A DNA stretch of 64,000 nt from Rhodospirillaceae bacterium (lineage in GTDB: Bacteria; Pseudomonadota; Gammaproteobacteria; Burkholderiales; SG8-41): NCBI GenBank assembly GCA_050260255.1, contig JBLNBW010000044.1, forward strand, positions 16,741-80,740. Reading direction: 5' to 3'. The notes under the pieces are model-generated. The model was not told where the DNA came from and searched no databases. It saw only the letters and a list, made by a program, of their open reading frames with translations. Below are positions 12,115-22,546 of the stretch, piece after piece. The number at the start of each line of letters is the position of its first letter. Position 1 is the first letter of the stretch. Position numbers and translations under genes: made by a program.

Positions 12115-12225
12115 AGGCTTGCCCTGCTTCTTCTCTGGTAAAATTATGCCACATGCCATCATGTTCACCGCGATGCGCCCCGCTTTTCTGCCCGCATCTG
12201 CCTCGTGCGACGTAAGGGAGTGCTC

Positions 12226-13008
12226 ATGCTGAGCGCTTTGCAGGAGGTCGTGCGCGAAGTGGCGATGACCGAAGTCATGCCACGCTTTCTCAAAGTCGCG
12301 CACGAGCGCAAGGCCGACGGCAGTCTTTTTACGACGGCCGACGTCGCCGCACAGGATGCGCTGCTCGAGCGGCTGCCGGCCATCAGCAATTCTCCCATCG
12401 TCGGCGAAGAAATGAAGCACGAGCACCAGCTCGGCCAGTGGCTCGCCGGCGACCAGGGGCTGTGGTGCGTCGATCCTATCGACGGCACGTCCAATTTCGT
12501 GAACGGCCTGCCGTATTTCGCGGTGTCGGTCGCATTCATGCGCGGCGGACGCACCGAGCTCGGCGTCGTCTACGATCCGGTCGCGGACGAAATGTTTTAT
12601 GCGCAATGCGGGCAGGGCGCGTTCCTCAACGGCGAGCCGCTGCCGATACGCGAGCGCGTGCCGGCGCTCGCCGAAGCGATGGCCGGCGTGGATCTGAAGC
12701 GTCTGCCGCGCAGGCTGGCGCGCGCGATCGCCGATCATCCGCCGTTTTTCTCCCATCGCAATTACGGGGCCAGCACGCTCGAATGGTGCTACACCGCCGC
12801 GGGACGCTTCGACGTGTACCTGCACGGCGGCCAGAAACTGTGGGACTACGCGGCCGGTTCGCTCATCCTCGCGGAGGCGGGCGGCGTAATGTGCAGCCTG
12901 GAACACGACGATTTCTGGACCGCGCCGCTGTGGCAGCGTTCCGTAGTGGCGGCGCGCGACCGGGCACTGTTCGAAGCGTGGCGCGACTGGCTGCGCCGCC
13001 AACCCTAG
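12226..13008 (+). CDS. inositol monophosphatase family protein
   Basis: ORF 12205..13008 trimmed to MLSALQEV, with AAGGGAG upstream. Contains EE...WCVDPIDGTSNF and WDYAAG motifs. Confidence 0.8.
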   Translation: MLSALQEVVREVAMTEVMPRFLKVAHERKADGSLFTTADVAAQDALLERLPAISNSPIVGEEMKHEHQLGQWLAGDQGLWCVDPIDGTSNFVNGLPYFAVSVAFMRGGRTELGVVYDPVADEMFYAQCGQGAFLNGEPLPIRERVPALAEAMAGVDLKRLPRRLARAIADHPPFFSHRNYGASTLEWCYTAAGRFDVYLHGGQKLWDYAAGSLILAEAGGVMCSLEHDDFWTAPLWQRSVVAARDRALFEAWRDWLRRQP

Positions 13009-13098
13009 CACCTCGTCACGCGGCGGGCATAGAATCGCGGTTTCGCAAAAGTGCCGCCCGGTCCTTCCGTGCGGCATGCTGAGCTAGGGGAAGCGTCC

Positions 13099-14514
13099 TT
13101 GCGTATCGTGATACTCGGCGCCGGCCAAGTCGGTTCATCGGTCGCGGAGAGTCTGGTTTCGGAAGCGAACGACATCACCATCGTCGACGTCAACGCCGAA
13201 CGCCTGCGTCAACTCCAGGACCGGCTCGACTTGCGGGTGGTGAACGGCAATGCAGCGCATCCGGCGGTGCTCGAGCAGGCCGGGGCGCGCGACGCAGACA
13301 TGATTCTCGCCGTCACGCAAAGCGACGAAACGAACATGGTCGCGTGCAAGCTCGCTGCGGCGATGTTCAACATCCCGACCAAGATCGCTCGCATCAGATC
13401 GGCCGACTACCTTTCCCATCCGGAAATCTTCTCCCCCGAGAACTTCGCCGTCGACGTGGCGATCTGCCCCGAGCAGGTGCTGACCGATTACATCGTCAAG
13501 CTGCTCGAGTTTCCCGAATCGCTGCAGGTGCTCGAGTTCGCCGAAGGGCAGGTGAGTCTCGTTGCCGTCCGCGCTTTCCATGGCGGCCCGCTCGTCGGGC
13601 ACCAGATCGCCCATCTGCGCGCGCATATGCCGCAAATCGATGCGCGCGTCGCAGCGATCTTCCGCCAGGACAGTCCCATCATTCCCGAAGGCGACACGGT
13701 GGTCGAAGCGGGCGACGAAATATTCTTCCTCGCCGCGACCGAGAACATCCGCGGCGTGATGCGCGAACTGCGCCGCATGGACAAGGCGATACGCCGGGTG
13801 ATGATAGGCGGGGGCGGCAACATCGGCCGGCGCCTCGCGAAGGCGATCGAAGACCGCTATCAGGTCAAAGTAATCGAGTACAACAAGTCCAACGCCGAGC
13901 GTCTCGCCATCGAGCTCAACAAGACGCTCGTGCTGGCCGGCGACGTCACCGACGAAGAGCTGCTCGAGTCGGAGCACATCGGGCAGATGGACGTGTATTG
14001 CGCACTCACCAACGACGACGAGAACAACATCATGAGCGCGCTGCTCGCGAAGCGCATGGGCGTGCGCAAGGTGATAGCGCTCATCAACCGCCGCTCGTAC
14101 GTCGACCTGCTGCAGGCCGGGCAGATCGACATCGCGATTTCGCCGGCTCAGGCCACGATAGGCACTTTGCTTGCGCGGGTGCGGCGCGGGGACTGCGTCG
14201 CCGTGCATTCGCTGCGGCGTGGCGCCGCCGAAGCGCTGGAACTCGTCGCCCACGGCGATGCAAAGTCGTCACGCGTCGTCGGCCGGCGCATCGAGGAAAT
14301 CGATCTGCCCAAAGGCGCGACGATAGGCGCCGTGGTGCGGCGGCGCGTGGCCGAAGGTTCGGCCGAGCATGTCATGACACATGACTACCAGGTGCTCATG
14401 GCGCATCACGATCTCGTCATAGAGCCGGACGATCACGTCATCGTGTTCGTCGTGAACAAGCGCATCGTGCCCAAGGTCGAGAAGCTGTTCCAGGTCGACA
14501 TGAGCTTCTTCTAG
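13099..14514 (+). CDS. trkA: Trk potassium uptake system NAD-binding subunit
   Basis: ORF 13051..14514. The TTG at 13099 gives MRIVILGAGQVGSSVAE. A second Rossmann motif, MIGGGGNIGRRLA, marks the second RCK module. Confidence 0.85.
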   Translation: MRIVILGAGQVGSSVAESLVSEANDITIVDVNAERLRQLQDRLDLRVVNGNAAHPAVLEQAGARDADMILAVTQSDETNMVACKLAAAMFNIPTKIARIRSADYLSHPEIFSPENFAVDVAICPEQVLTDYIVKLLEFPESLQVLEFAEGQVSLVAVRAFHGGPLVGHQIAHLRAHMPQIDARVAAIFRQDSPIIPEGDTVVEAGDEIFFLAATENIRGVMRELRRMDKAIRRVMIGGGGNIGRRLAKAIEDRYQVKVIEYNKSNAERLAIELNKTLVLAGDVTDEELLESEHIGQMDVYCALTNDDENNIMSALLAKRMGVRKVIALINRRSYVDLLQAGQIDIAISPAQATIGTLLARVRRGDCVAVHSLRRGAAEALELVAHGDAKSSRVVGRRIEEIDLPKGATIGAVVRRRVAEGSAEHVMTHDYQVLMAHHDLVIEPDDHVIVFVVNKRIVPKVEKLFQVDMSFF

Positions 14515-14525
14515 ACGGCGGCAGG

Positions 14526-15983
14526 ATGAACCCGTTCCTCGCCGTCGCGCCCCATCTCGGGCTCATCGCCATGACGATGAGCGCTTTTCACTTGCTGCCC
14601 ATCGCCACGTCGCTGATATACCGCGACGGCGCCGCTCACGCGTTCGCCGCCTCCATGGCAGTCAACATCGCGACCGGGTGGGTAATGTGGATCATCACAC
14701 GCCGCTACAGAGGCTCGCTGGGTGCGCGCGACGGCATGCTGCTCGTCGTGCTGGCGTGGGCGGGCGGCGCCGCTTTCGCGACGCTGCCGCTGCTGCTCCT
14801 CATACCGGGCTTGAGCTTCACCGATGCGTACTTCGAAACGGTGTCCGGCCTCACCACTACGGGCGCCACGGTGCTCAGCAATCTCGACCGGCTGCCGCCT
14901 TCGGTCAATCTATGGCGCTGTCTGCTCGTGTGGCTCGGCGGCATGGGGTTGATCGTGCTCGCCGTCGCCGTATTGCCGCTGCTCGGCGTCGGCGGCCGCC
15001 AGATCATGCGCGCAGAGACGCCGGGGCCGCTCAAGGACACCAAGCTCACTCCGCGCATCAACGAGACGGCGAAAGCGCTGTGGGTAGTGTACGCGATCAT
15101 TTCGCTCGCCTGCGTGGTGGCCTATGCCGCTGCGGGCATGAGCTGGTTCGATGCGATCCTGCACATGTTCTCGACCATGGGGCTTGGCGGATTCTCCAGT
15201 CACGACGCGAGCTACGGCTACTGGAACTCTCCCGCGGTCGAGATGGTCGCCATCGTCTTCATGCTGCTCGCCGGCATCAATTTCGGCACGCACTTCCTCG
15301 CGTTTCGGGCGCGCCGCGCGGAGCCGTATCGGCGCGATCCCGAGGCGGGACTGTTCGTACTTGTCACACTCGCGAGCGCCGTCGGCATCGCGGCATACCT
15401 CCATTTCAGCGGTGTGTATCCGGGCTATTTCACCGCCCTGCGTTACGCGTCGTTCAACGTCGTATCGATCGCGACCACGACCGGATTTTCCAACACCGAT
15501 TTCAACGAGTGGCCCATATTCGCGCCGATGTGGATGCTGTTCCTCTGCAGCTTCGTGAGCTGCTCGGGATCCACCGGCGGCGGCGTGAAGATGATTCGCG
15601 CGCAGTTGCTCGCGGTGCAGGTCTATCGCGAGTTCGTGAAACTGCTCCACCCTCGCGCCATGACGCCGCTGAAGATCCGGGACCAGGTGGTCGAAAACAA
15701 GGTGATCTTCGCCGTGCTGGCATTCATGTTCGTCTACATCTCGCTCATCGTCATCATGACGCTCCTGCTGCTCGCGACCGGTGTAGACGCGATCACCGCC
15801 TTCACCGCCGTCATCGCGTGCATCAACAACACCGGGCCGGGACTCAACGAAGTGGGGCCGGCAACGACGTATGCATCGCTGGGCGATTTTCAGACGTGGG
15901 TGTGCACGTTCGCGATGCTGGTCGGGCGGCTGGAGCTCTTCACGCTGCTCATCGTCTTCACGCCCGCGTTCTGGCGCAAGTGA
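14526..15983 (+). CDS. trkH: Trk potassium uptake membrane subunit
   Basis: 485 aa, polytopic. Repeated selectivity-filter-like motifs TTTGAT, GLGGFS, TTTGFS and GSTGGG. Confidence 0.9.
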   Translation: MNPFLAVAPHLGLIAMTMSAFHLLPIATSLIYRDGAAHAFAASMAVNIATGWVMWIITRRYRGSLGARDGMLLVVLAWAGGAAFATLPLLLLIPGLSFTDAYFETVSGLTTTGATVLSNLDRLPPSVNLWRCLLVWLGGMGLIVLAVAVLPLLGVGGRQIMRAETPGPLKDTKLTPRINETAKALWVVYAIISLACVVAYAAAGMSWFDAILHMFSTMGLGGFSSHDASYGYWNSPAVEMVAIVFMLLAGINFGTHFLAFRARRAEPYRRDPEAGLFVLVTLASAVGIAAYLHFSGVYPGYFTALRYASFNVVSIATTTGFSNTDFNEWPIFAPMWMLFLCSFVSCSGSTGGGVKMIRAQLLAVQVYREFVKLLHPRAMTPLKIRDQVVENKVIFAVLAFMFVYISLIVIMTLLLLATGVDAITAFTAVIACINNTGPGLNEVGPATTYASLGDFQTWVCTFAMLVGRLELFTLLIVFTPAFWRK

Positions 15984-16023
15984 CGCCAGCGCGAGCCGGC
16001 GCTCGGGCAACGTCGTGAGGGCG

Positions 16024-16051
16024 GGCGCACCGTCCGGTGCGCCGAAATTTT
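16024..16051 (+). terminator. rho-independent terminator downstream of trkH
   Basis: GGCGCACC-GTCC-GGTGCGCC: 8-bp perfect stem, 4-nt loop, followed by GAAATTTT. Confidence 0.6.
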
Positions 16052-16510
16052 CCGAGCGGAGCATCACACCGGCTCGATGGACCCATTGTCAGCCGCTTGC
16101 GGCAAGAAGCCGATAAGACCTAAAGAGAGGCTGCTTTTACCGGCCTCGCGTCAGGATTTCATTCCGCTCGATATGGCTTGATCCTGATAGAGGCGTGTCA
16201 TGCCCCGGACATCGAGCCCGCGCACGGCAGCGTAACGCGCAATCGAGCCCGGCAACGCTCCCACGGAAGGGCTGGACGCGCCATCCTGACTCTCGAAGCT
16301 TATGCAGGGTTTCGGTGTCAAAGAACGCGTGATGCGCCTGGCCGCTTGCGCACGCGGCGACGTGCGAAGCGGCGTGATCGTCGCAGCGCACCTCACCGCG
16401 CGTGCCGGCAGCGTGCCGTGGAGAAGGCGCAATTCCTGCCAGCCGGCAGGCATAGTGCGTGCGATTGTGGCGGCCGGTAGCGGCCCTTAAAATAACCTGC
16501 AAGGCGGCAA

Positions 16511-17077
16511 GTGCATAACGTGAACGTGAATCTCACCCACCATTTCCTCATCGCGATGCCCGCGATGACGGACCCCCATTTCGCGAAGACGCTCACTTTC
16601 GTGTGCGAGCACAACGAGCAGGGCGCGCTCGGGGTCGTCATCAACCGGCCGATAGAAATGAATCTGCACACGCTGCTGGAGCAGGTGAGCATCCCCACGG
16701 GATCCGAAGCGCTGAAGTCCGTGGCCATCCACTTCGGCGGCCCGGTGCAGGTCGACCGCGGCTTCGTGCTCCACACGCCGATCGGGGAATGGCAGTCGAC
16801 GCTCGCCGTCGGCGCCGAAATCGGCCTGACCACGTCGAAAGACATCCTCAAGGCCGTCGCGCGCGGCGCGGGCCCGCGGGACATCCTCGTGACGCTCGGC
16901 TACGCCGGCTGGGCGCCGGGACAGCTCGAGCACGAGATCGCCCAGAACGCCTGGCTCACCGTGCCGGCCAAGCGTGAGGTGATCTTCGATGTGCCTTCCG
17001 AAGAGCGCCTCTCGGCCGCGATGGGACTGCTCGGCGTCGACTATGCAACACTGTCGGATGTCGCGGGACATGCCTGA
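16511..17077 (+). CDS. yqgE: YqgE/AlgH family protein (UPF0301)
   Basis: [43 protein letters not shown] start. Confidence 0.85.
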   Translation: MHNVNVNLTHHFLIAMPAMTDPHFAKTLTFVCEHNEQGALGVVINRPIEMNLHTLLEQVSIPTGSEALKSVAIHFGGPVQVDRGFVLHTPIGEWQSTLAVGAEIGLTTSKDILKAVARGAGPRDILVTLGYAGWAPGQLEHEIAQNAWLTVPAKREVIFDVPSEERLSAAMGLLGVDYATLSDVAGHA

Positions 17078-17552
17078 ACGGCAGCCCACACCGACGCCCT
17101 CCTCTCCCGCCCTTCCGGCCAGCGTCACAGTCCTCGCGTTCGACTTTGGTGAAAAGCGCATAGGCGTCGCTGTCGGTGAAACGGCGATCGAAAGCGCGCG
17201 CCCGCTGGAGCTCATCGCCGCCGAAGACAACAAATCGCGATTCGCGGTCATCGAGCGACTGATCGCCGAATGGCAGCCCAAGCTCCTCGTCGTCGGTCTG
17301 CCGGCATACGCCGACGGCACCGAGCACGAGCTTACCCGGCTGGCGCGGCGCTTCGCACACAGACTCGAGGGCCGCTTCCGCCTCCCGGTCGCGCTGGTCG
17401 ACGAGCGCTACACCTCGGTCGCCGCCGAAAGCGCTCTGCGCGAGCGCGGCATCACCGGCCGCGGCCTGAAGGACGTTCTCGACGCGGAGTCCGCCGCGGA
17501 GATCCTGCGCAGCTACTACTCGTATTGCCGTGCACAGAGCCGCGGCGCTTAA
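17070..17552 (+). CDS. ruvX: Holliday junction resolvase-like protein RuvX/YqgF
   Basis: ORF 16989..17552 trimmed to MPERQ. Contains [17 protein letters not shown] and [11 protein letters not shown]. Overlaps yqgE by 8 nt. Confidence 0.85.
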   Translation: MPERQPTPTPSSPALPASVTVLAFDFGEKRIGVAVGETAIESARPLELIAAEDNKSRFAVIERLIAEWQPKLLVVGLPAYADGTEHELTRLARRFAHRLEGRFRLPVALVDERYTSVAAESALRERGITGRGLKDVLDAESAAEILRSYYSYCRAQSRGA

Positions 17553-17601
17553 GCGCCACACGCGAATGTGATACCCTAGCCGCGTCTCAAAAGAAGCGAT
17601 C

Positions 17602-18105
17602 ATGCCGGGCAATCCGCTACCCGACGCCGAGCAGCTGCTGAAGGCACTCACCGACCAGATGCGGGCCGATGTCGGCCCCGATACCGGTCTCATCGGCATT
17701 TACACCGGCGGTGTCTGGATCGCCGAACGGCTGCATCAAGCGCTGGGCTTGAAAGTCCCCTGCGGCACCCTCGACGTGTCGTTCTATCGGGACGACTACG
17801 AAAAAATCGGCCTGCATCGCGACGTCAAGCGTTCGCAGATTCCTTTCGATGTCGAAGGCCGCCATCTCGTGCTGGTCGACGACGTGCTCTACACCGGGCG
17901 CACGATACGCGCCGCCATGAACGAGCTGTTCGACTACGGCAGGCCGGCGAGCATACGGCTTGCGGCATTGGTCGATCGCGGCGGTCGCGAGCTGCCCATC
18001 GCCGCGCAATATCTCGGCACGACGATCGTGCCTCCCCCCGGAACGAGCATAGAGCTACAACGCAACGATGCGGGCCGCCTCGCGCTCGCCTGGCACAAGG
18101 ACTAG
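17602..18105 (+). CDS. pyrR: PyrR (pyrimidine regulatory protein/uracil phosphoribosyltransferase family)
   Basis: PRPP-binding motif LVLVDDVLYTGRTIRAA; 167 aa. Confidence 0.85.
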   Translation: MPGNPLPDAEQLLKALTDQMRADVGPDTGLIGIYTGGVWIAERLHQALGLKVPCGTLDVSFYRDDYEKIGLHRDVKRSQIPFDVEGRHLVLVDDVLYTGRTIRAAMNELFDYGRPASIRLAALVDRGGRELPIAAQYLGTTIVPPPGTSIELQRNDAGRLALAWHKD

Positions 18106-18108
18106 AAA

Positions 18109-19068
18109 GTGTGGTTGGATCCCGGTAATCCGCAGCTCAACAAAAACGGGGAACTGCATCACCTGCTGTCGCTCGAAGGCCTGCCCGCCGCGGTGATGTG
18201 GCAGATACTCGATACCGCCCAATCGTTCGTCGGCGTGACCCAGCGTGAGGTGAAAAAAGTCCCTCTGCTGCGCGGCAAGGCCGTGTTCAATCTGTTCTTC
18301 GAGCCATCCACGCGCACGCGCACGACGTTCGAGATCGCTGCGAAGCGCCTTTCGGCCGACGTCATCAATCTCGCGATCAACGTCTCTTCGGCCACCAAGG
18401 GCGAAACGGTGCTCGATACCGTCGCGAATCTGTCGGCGATGCAGGCCGACATGTTCGTCGTCCGGCATGCGGCAAGCGGGGCGCCGTACCTGATCGCGCG
18501 TCACGTCGGGCCCGAGATCCATGTGATCAACGCCGGGGACGGCCGGCATGCGCACCCCACCCAGGGGCTGCTCGACATGTTCACCATCCGCCACTACAAG
18601 AAGGATTTCTCGCAGCTTCGTGTGGCGATCGTCGGCGACATCCTGCATTCGCGCGTGGCGCGCTCACAGATACACGCGCTCACCACGCTGGGCTGCCCCG
18701 AAATTCGGGTCATCGGTCCGAAGACGCTGTTGCCGGACGATGTCGACACGCTCGGCGTGCACGTCTACCACGACATGGCAAAAGGGCTGAAGGACGTCGA
18801 TGTCGTGATGATGCTGCGGCTGCAGAACGAGCGTATGCAGGGCGCGCTGCTGCCGTCGGCGCAGGAGTTCTACAAATACTACGGCCTCACCGACGAGAAA
18901 CTCGCGCTCGCAAAGCCGGACGCCATCGTGCTGCACCCCGGCCCGATGAACCGCGGCGTCGAGATCGACTCGAGCGTGGCCGACGGCCACCAGTCCGTCA
19001 TCCTGCCGCAGGTGACGTTCGGCATCGCGGTGCGCATGGCCGTCATGAGCATCGTGGCGGGCAACTGA
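18109..19068 (+). CDS. pyrB: aspartate carbamoyltransferase catalytic chain
   Basis: [21 protein letters not shown] and HPGPMNRG motifs. Confidence 0.9.
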   Translation: MWLDPGNPQLNKNGELHHLLSLEGLPAAVMWQILDTAQSFVGVTQREVKKVPLLRGKAVFNLFFEPSTRTRTTFEIAAKRLSADVINLAINVSSATKGETVLDTVANLSAMQADMFVVRHAASGAPYLIARHVGPEIHVINAGDGRHAHPTQGLLDMFTIRHYKKDFSQLRVAIVGDILHSRVARSQIHALTTLGCPEIRVIGPKTLLPDDVDTLGVHVYHDMAKGLKDVDVVMMLRLQNERMQGALLPSAQEFYKYYGLTDEKLALAKPDAIVLHPGPMNRGVEIDSSVADGHQSVILPQVTFGIAVRMAVMSIVAGN

Positions 19069-19106
19069 CGGCATCACCAGCACAGCGGCATGACGAGCGA
19101 AACCCG

Positions 19107-20384
19107 ATGAAGATCCATATCAAGAACGGCCGCCTCATCGATCCGCGCAACGGTATCGACCGCCACGCGGATGTCTACATCGCCGCCGGCAGGGTCGTCG
19201 GGATCGGAGAAGCGCCCAAAAGCTGGAGCGCGAATCGGACGATAGACGCCTCGGGGCTCATCGTCTGCCCGGGGCTCGTGGACATCGCGGCGCGGCTGCG
19301 CGAGCCCGGGTTCGAATACATGGCCACGCTCGAATCGGAAATGGAGGCGGCGGTGGCCGGCGGCGTAACGAGCCTCGCATGCCCGCCCGATACGGATCCG
19401 CCGCTCGACGAGCCGGGGCTCGTCGAGATGCTCAAGTTCCGCGCGAAGAATCTGAACCAGGCGCACGTGTATCCGATAGGCGCGCTCACCACGGGACTCA
19501 AAGGGCAGCGGCTCACCGAAATGGCGGAGCTCCGCGACGCCGGTTGTGTCGCCTTCTCGCAGGCCGACGCATCGATTGCCGACAACAGCGTACTGCTGCT
19601 CGCGCTCGAGTACGCGTCGACGTTCGGCTTCTCGGTGTGGCTGCGGCCGCAGGATCCCGCGCTCGCGCGCCACGGCGTTGCGCACGATGGGCAGGTGGCC
19701 ACGCGACTGGGCCTGCCCGCGATACCGGTGGCGGCGGAAACGGCCGCGCTTGCGACTATCCTCATCCTTGCGCGGAAAACCGGCGCCCGCGTGCATATCT
19801 GCCGGCTCTCCAGCGCCGAGGCCGTCGACATGGTGAGGACGGCGAAAGCGCAAGGCGTTCCGGTGACCTGCGACGTCTCGGTGCATCACGCGCATTTGTG
19901 CGAGCTCGACATCGGCTTCTTCGACCCCAATTGCAACCTCATGCCGCCGCTGCGCAGCCAGCGCGACCGCGACGCGCTGCGCCGCGGCCTCGCCGACGGC
20001 ACGATAGACGCGCTGTGCTCGGATCACACGCCGATCGACGACGACGCGAAACAGCTGCCCTTCTCGGAAGCGGAGCCGGGCGCAACCGGACTGGAGCTCC
20101 TATTGCCCCTGACGCTCAAGTGGGCGGAAGAATCGGGCCTCGATGTGGCGCAGGCGCTCGCCAAGGTCACGTCGATGCCCGCCAGCCTGCTCGGCATCGA
20201 TGCCGGGCACCTCACGGCGGGCGCCATGGCCGACGTGTGCATCTTCGATCCCGAACGCTATTGGAAAATCACGCCAGCCGCCTTGAAAAGCCAGGGAAAG
20301 AACACACCTTTCCTCAACCTGGAGCTCAAGGCTAAGGTTTGCTATACGCTGGTCGAAGGCCAGGTCGTCTACGAAGCGCGCTAG
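19107..20384 (+). CDS. dihydroorotase-like protein lacking the HxH metal ligands (PyrC'-type, probably non-catalytic)
   Basis: Amidohydrolase fold. The position of the PG.D.HVH.R.PG motif reads PGLVDIAARLREPG (residues 55-68), so both His residues are replaced. Confidence 0.8.
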   Translation: MKIHIKNGRLIDPRNGIDRHADVYIAAGRVVGIGEAPKSWSANRTIDASGLIVCPGLVDIAARLREPGFEYMATLESEMEAAVAGGVTSLACPPDTDPPLDEPGLVEMLKFRAKNLNQAHVYPIGALTTGLKGQRLTEMAELRDAGCVAFSQADASIADNSVLLLALEYASTFGFSVWLRPQDPALARHGVAHDGQVATRLGLPAIPVAAETAALATILILARKTGARVHICRLSSAEAVDMVRTAKAQGVPVTCDVSVHHAHLCELDIGFFDPNCNLMPPLRSQRDRDALRRGLADGTIDALCSDHTPIDDDAKQLPFSEAEPGATGLELLLPLTLKWAEESGLDVAQALAKVTSMPASLLGIDAGHLTAGAMADVCIFDPERYWKITPAALKSQGKNTPFLNLELKAKVCYTLVEGQVVYEAR

Positions 20385-20392
20385 CGTTCTGG

Positions 20393-20410
20393 CGGCCGGA
20401 ACTCCGGCCG
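20393..20410 (+). terminator. hairpin after the pyrC-like gene (weak terminator candidate)
   Basis: CGGCCGG-AACT-CCGGCCG: 7-bp stem, no T-run. Confidence 0.3.
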
Positions 20411-20454
20411 TCAGCCGTGTTCACATTCAGCGTCCATTTCCGGAACCCCGCACC

Positions 20455-22488
20455 ATGAATCCATTGCTCGATTTTGCCGGCCTGCCCCGGTTTGCCGATT
20501 TCAAACCCGAGTACGTCACGCCGGCCGTCGACACCTTGCTCGCGGAAAACCGCGCGCTGATCGAGCGCCTGGTGGCGGACAATGGGCCCGTCTCGTGGGC
20601 GAGCTTCGTGCAGCCGCTGGAGGACGCCAACGAGCGCCTGTCCCGCGCGTGGGGACAGGTAGGTCACCTCAACGCCGTGATGAACAGCCCCGAGCTGCGC
20701 GATGTCTACAACGCGAATCTGCCGAAGATCACGCAGTACTACACCGAGGTCGGGCAAAACCAGGCGCTGTACGCGAAGTTCAAGGCATTGCGTGCCTCAT
20801 CCGAATTCGCGCAGATCGATCACGCGCAGCGGAAGATCATCGAGAACGAGCTGCGCGATTTCCGCTTGGGCGGCGCGGAGCTTCCTGCCGAGCACAAGGC
20901 ACGCTTCACGGAAATCCGGGAACGGCTTGCGAAGGCTTCTTCGCGTTTCAGCGACAACCTGCTCGATGCAACCAACGCGTTCTCGCACTACGTTATCGAC
21001 GAGCGCGAGCTCGCCGGCATGCCGGACGACGTGGTCGAAGCCGCGCGCGACGCGGCGCGGGCCGACAAGCGCGAAGGCTGGAAATTCACGCTGCATGCAC
21101 CGTCCTACTTGCCAGTGATGCAGTACGCCGATCACCGACCGCTGCGTGAGCTCATGTACAAGGCGTACGTCACGCGCGCGGCCGAGTTCGGCCCGCCGGA
21201 ATGGAACAATACGCCGCTGATTGCCGAGATCCTCGAGCTGCGCAAGGAAATGGCGCAGCTGCTGGGCTTCGCGAATTACGCGGAATACTCGCTCGAAGCC
21301 AAGATGGCGGAGTCGCCGCGCCAGGTGCTCGATTTTCTCGAGCAGCTCGCCGCACGCGCCAAACCGTATGCCGAGCGCGATCTGGAAGAGCTCAAAACCT
21401 TTGCACGCGATGCCTTGGGCATGACGCAGCTCGAAGCGTGGGACTATGCCTATGTGTCGGAGAAACTCCGTGCTGCGCGCTATTCCTTCTCGGATCAGGA
21501 AGTGAAGGAGTACTTCCCCGAGACGACCGTGCTGCCGGGTATGTTCAAACTCGTCGGCACTTTGTACGGGCTCAGCATAGAGCCCAGCGAGGCGCCGTTG
21601 TGGCATCCCGATGTACGGTTCTATTCGATACGCGACCGGGACGGCGAGCTGGTCGGCCAGTTCTACGCCGATTTGTACGCGCGCCCGAGCAAGCGGGGCG
21701 GCGCATGGATGGACGAAGCGATTGCGCGGCGGCAGAAGGACGGCGGCGTGCAAAAGCCGGTCGCGTATCTCAACTGCAATTTTTCCGGCCCGGTCGGCGG
21801 CAAGCCCGCGTTGTTTACGCACGACGAAGTGATCACGCTGTTTCACGAGTTCGGCCACGGTCTGCACCATCTGCTGACCCGGGTGAACCACCTCGGCGTC
21901 TCCGGCATCAATGGCGTGGAATGGGACGCGGTAGAGTTGCCCAGCCAGTTCATGGAGAACTTCTGCTGGGAATGGGACGTCGTCGAGCCGATGACGAGGC
22001 ACTGCGAGACGGGAGCGAAGCTTCCCCGGGCGCTGTTCGACAAGATGATAGCGGCGAAGAATTTCCAGAGCGGCATGCAGATGGTGCGGCAGCTCGAGTT
22101 CTCGTTGTTCGATCTGCATCTGCACTATGACTACGATCCGGCGTCCGGCAAGACTGCGCTCGAGCTGCTCGACGAGATCCGCAAGCAGGTGGCGGTCGTC
22201 ATACCGCCGGCATACAACCGCTTTCCGAATAATTTCTCGCACATCTTTGCGGGAGGGTACGCGGCAGGCTATTACAGCTACAAGTGGGCGGAGGTGCTGT
22301 CTGCGGACGCTTACAGCCTGTTCGAAGAGAACGGCGTGCTCGATCCGCTGACCGGCAAGCGCTTCTGGAACGAGATCCTCGGCGTCGGCGGCAGCCGACC
22401 GGCGATGGAGTCGTTCGTGGCGTTCCGCGGCAGGGCGCCGAAAATCGACGCGCTGCTGCGGCACAGTGGGCTCGCCGAAGCGTTATAA
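20455..22488 (+). CDS. prlC: oligopeptidase A (M3 metallopeptidase)
   Basis: 677 aa. Zinc motif FHEFGHGLHH. Confidence 0.9.
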   Translation: MNPLLDFAGLPRFADFKPEYVTPAVDTLLAENRALIERLVADNGPVSWASFVQPLEDANERLSRAWGQVGHLNAVMNSPELRDVYNANLPKITQYYTEVGQNQALYAKFKALRASSEFAQIDHAQRKIIENELRDFRLGGAELPAEHKARFTEIRERLAKASSRFSDNLLDATNAFSHYVIDERELAGMPDDVVEAARDAARADKREGWKFTLHAPSYLPVMQYADHRPLRELMYKAYVTRAAEFGPPEWNNTPLIAEILELRKEMAQLLGFANYAEYSLEAKMAESPRQVLDFLEQLAARAKPYAERDLEELKTFARDALGMTQLEAWDYAYVSEKLRAARYSFSDQEVKEYFPETTVLPGMFKLVGTLYGLSIEPSEAPLWHPDVRFYSIRDRDGELVGQFYADLYARPSKRGGAWMDEAIARRQKDGGVQKPVAYLNCNFSGPVGGKPALFTHDEVITLFHEFGHGLHHLLTRVNHLGVSGINGVEWDAVELPSQFMENFCWEWDVVEPMTRHCETGAKLPRALFDKMIAAKNFQSGMQMVRQLEFSLFDLHLHYDYDPASGKTALELLDEIRKQVAVVIPPAYNRFPNNFSHIFAGGYAAGYYSYKWAEVLSADAYSLFEENGVLDPLTGKRFWNEILGVGGSRPAMESFVAFRGRAPKIDALLRHSGLAEAL

Positions 22489-22546
22489 AGCACCTGTTCG
22501 CGCGCGACTCTGCGGTGTTAGAGTCCACCGCGGAGGTGAATCCATC

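Noticed and set aside
12115-13077. N-terminal 320 codons of the 563-aa ORF 11386..13077(-)
   Set aside because: Only the last 243 codons match RsmE. The upstream part is antisense to the well-supported inositol monophosphatase-family gene and has junk composition.
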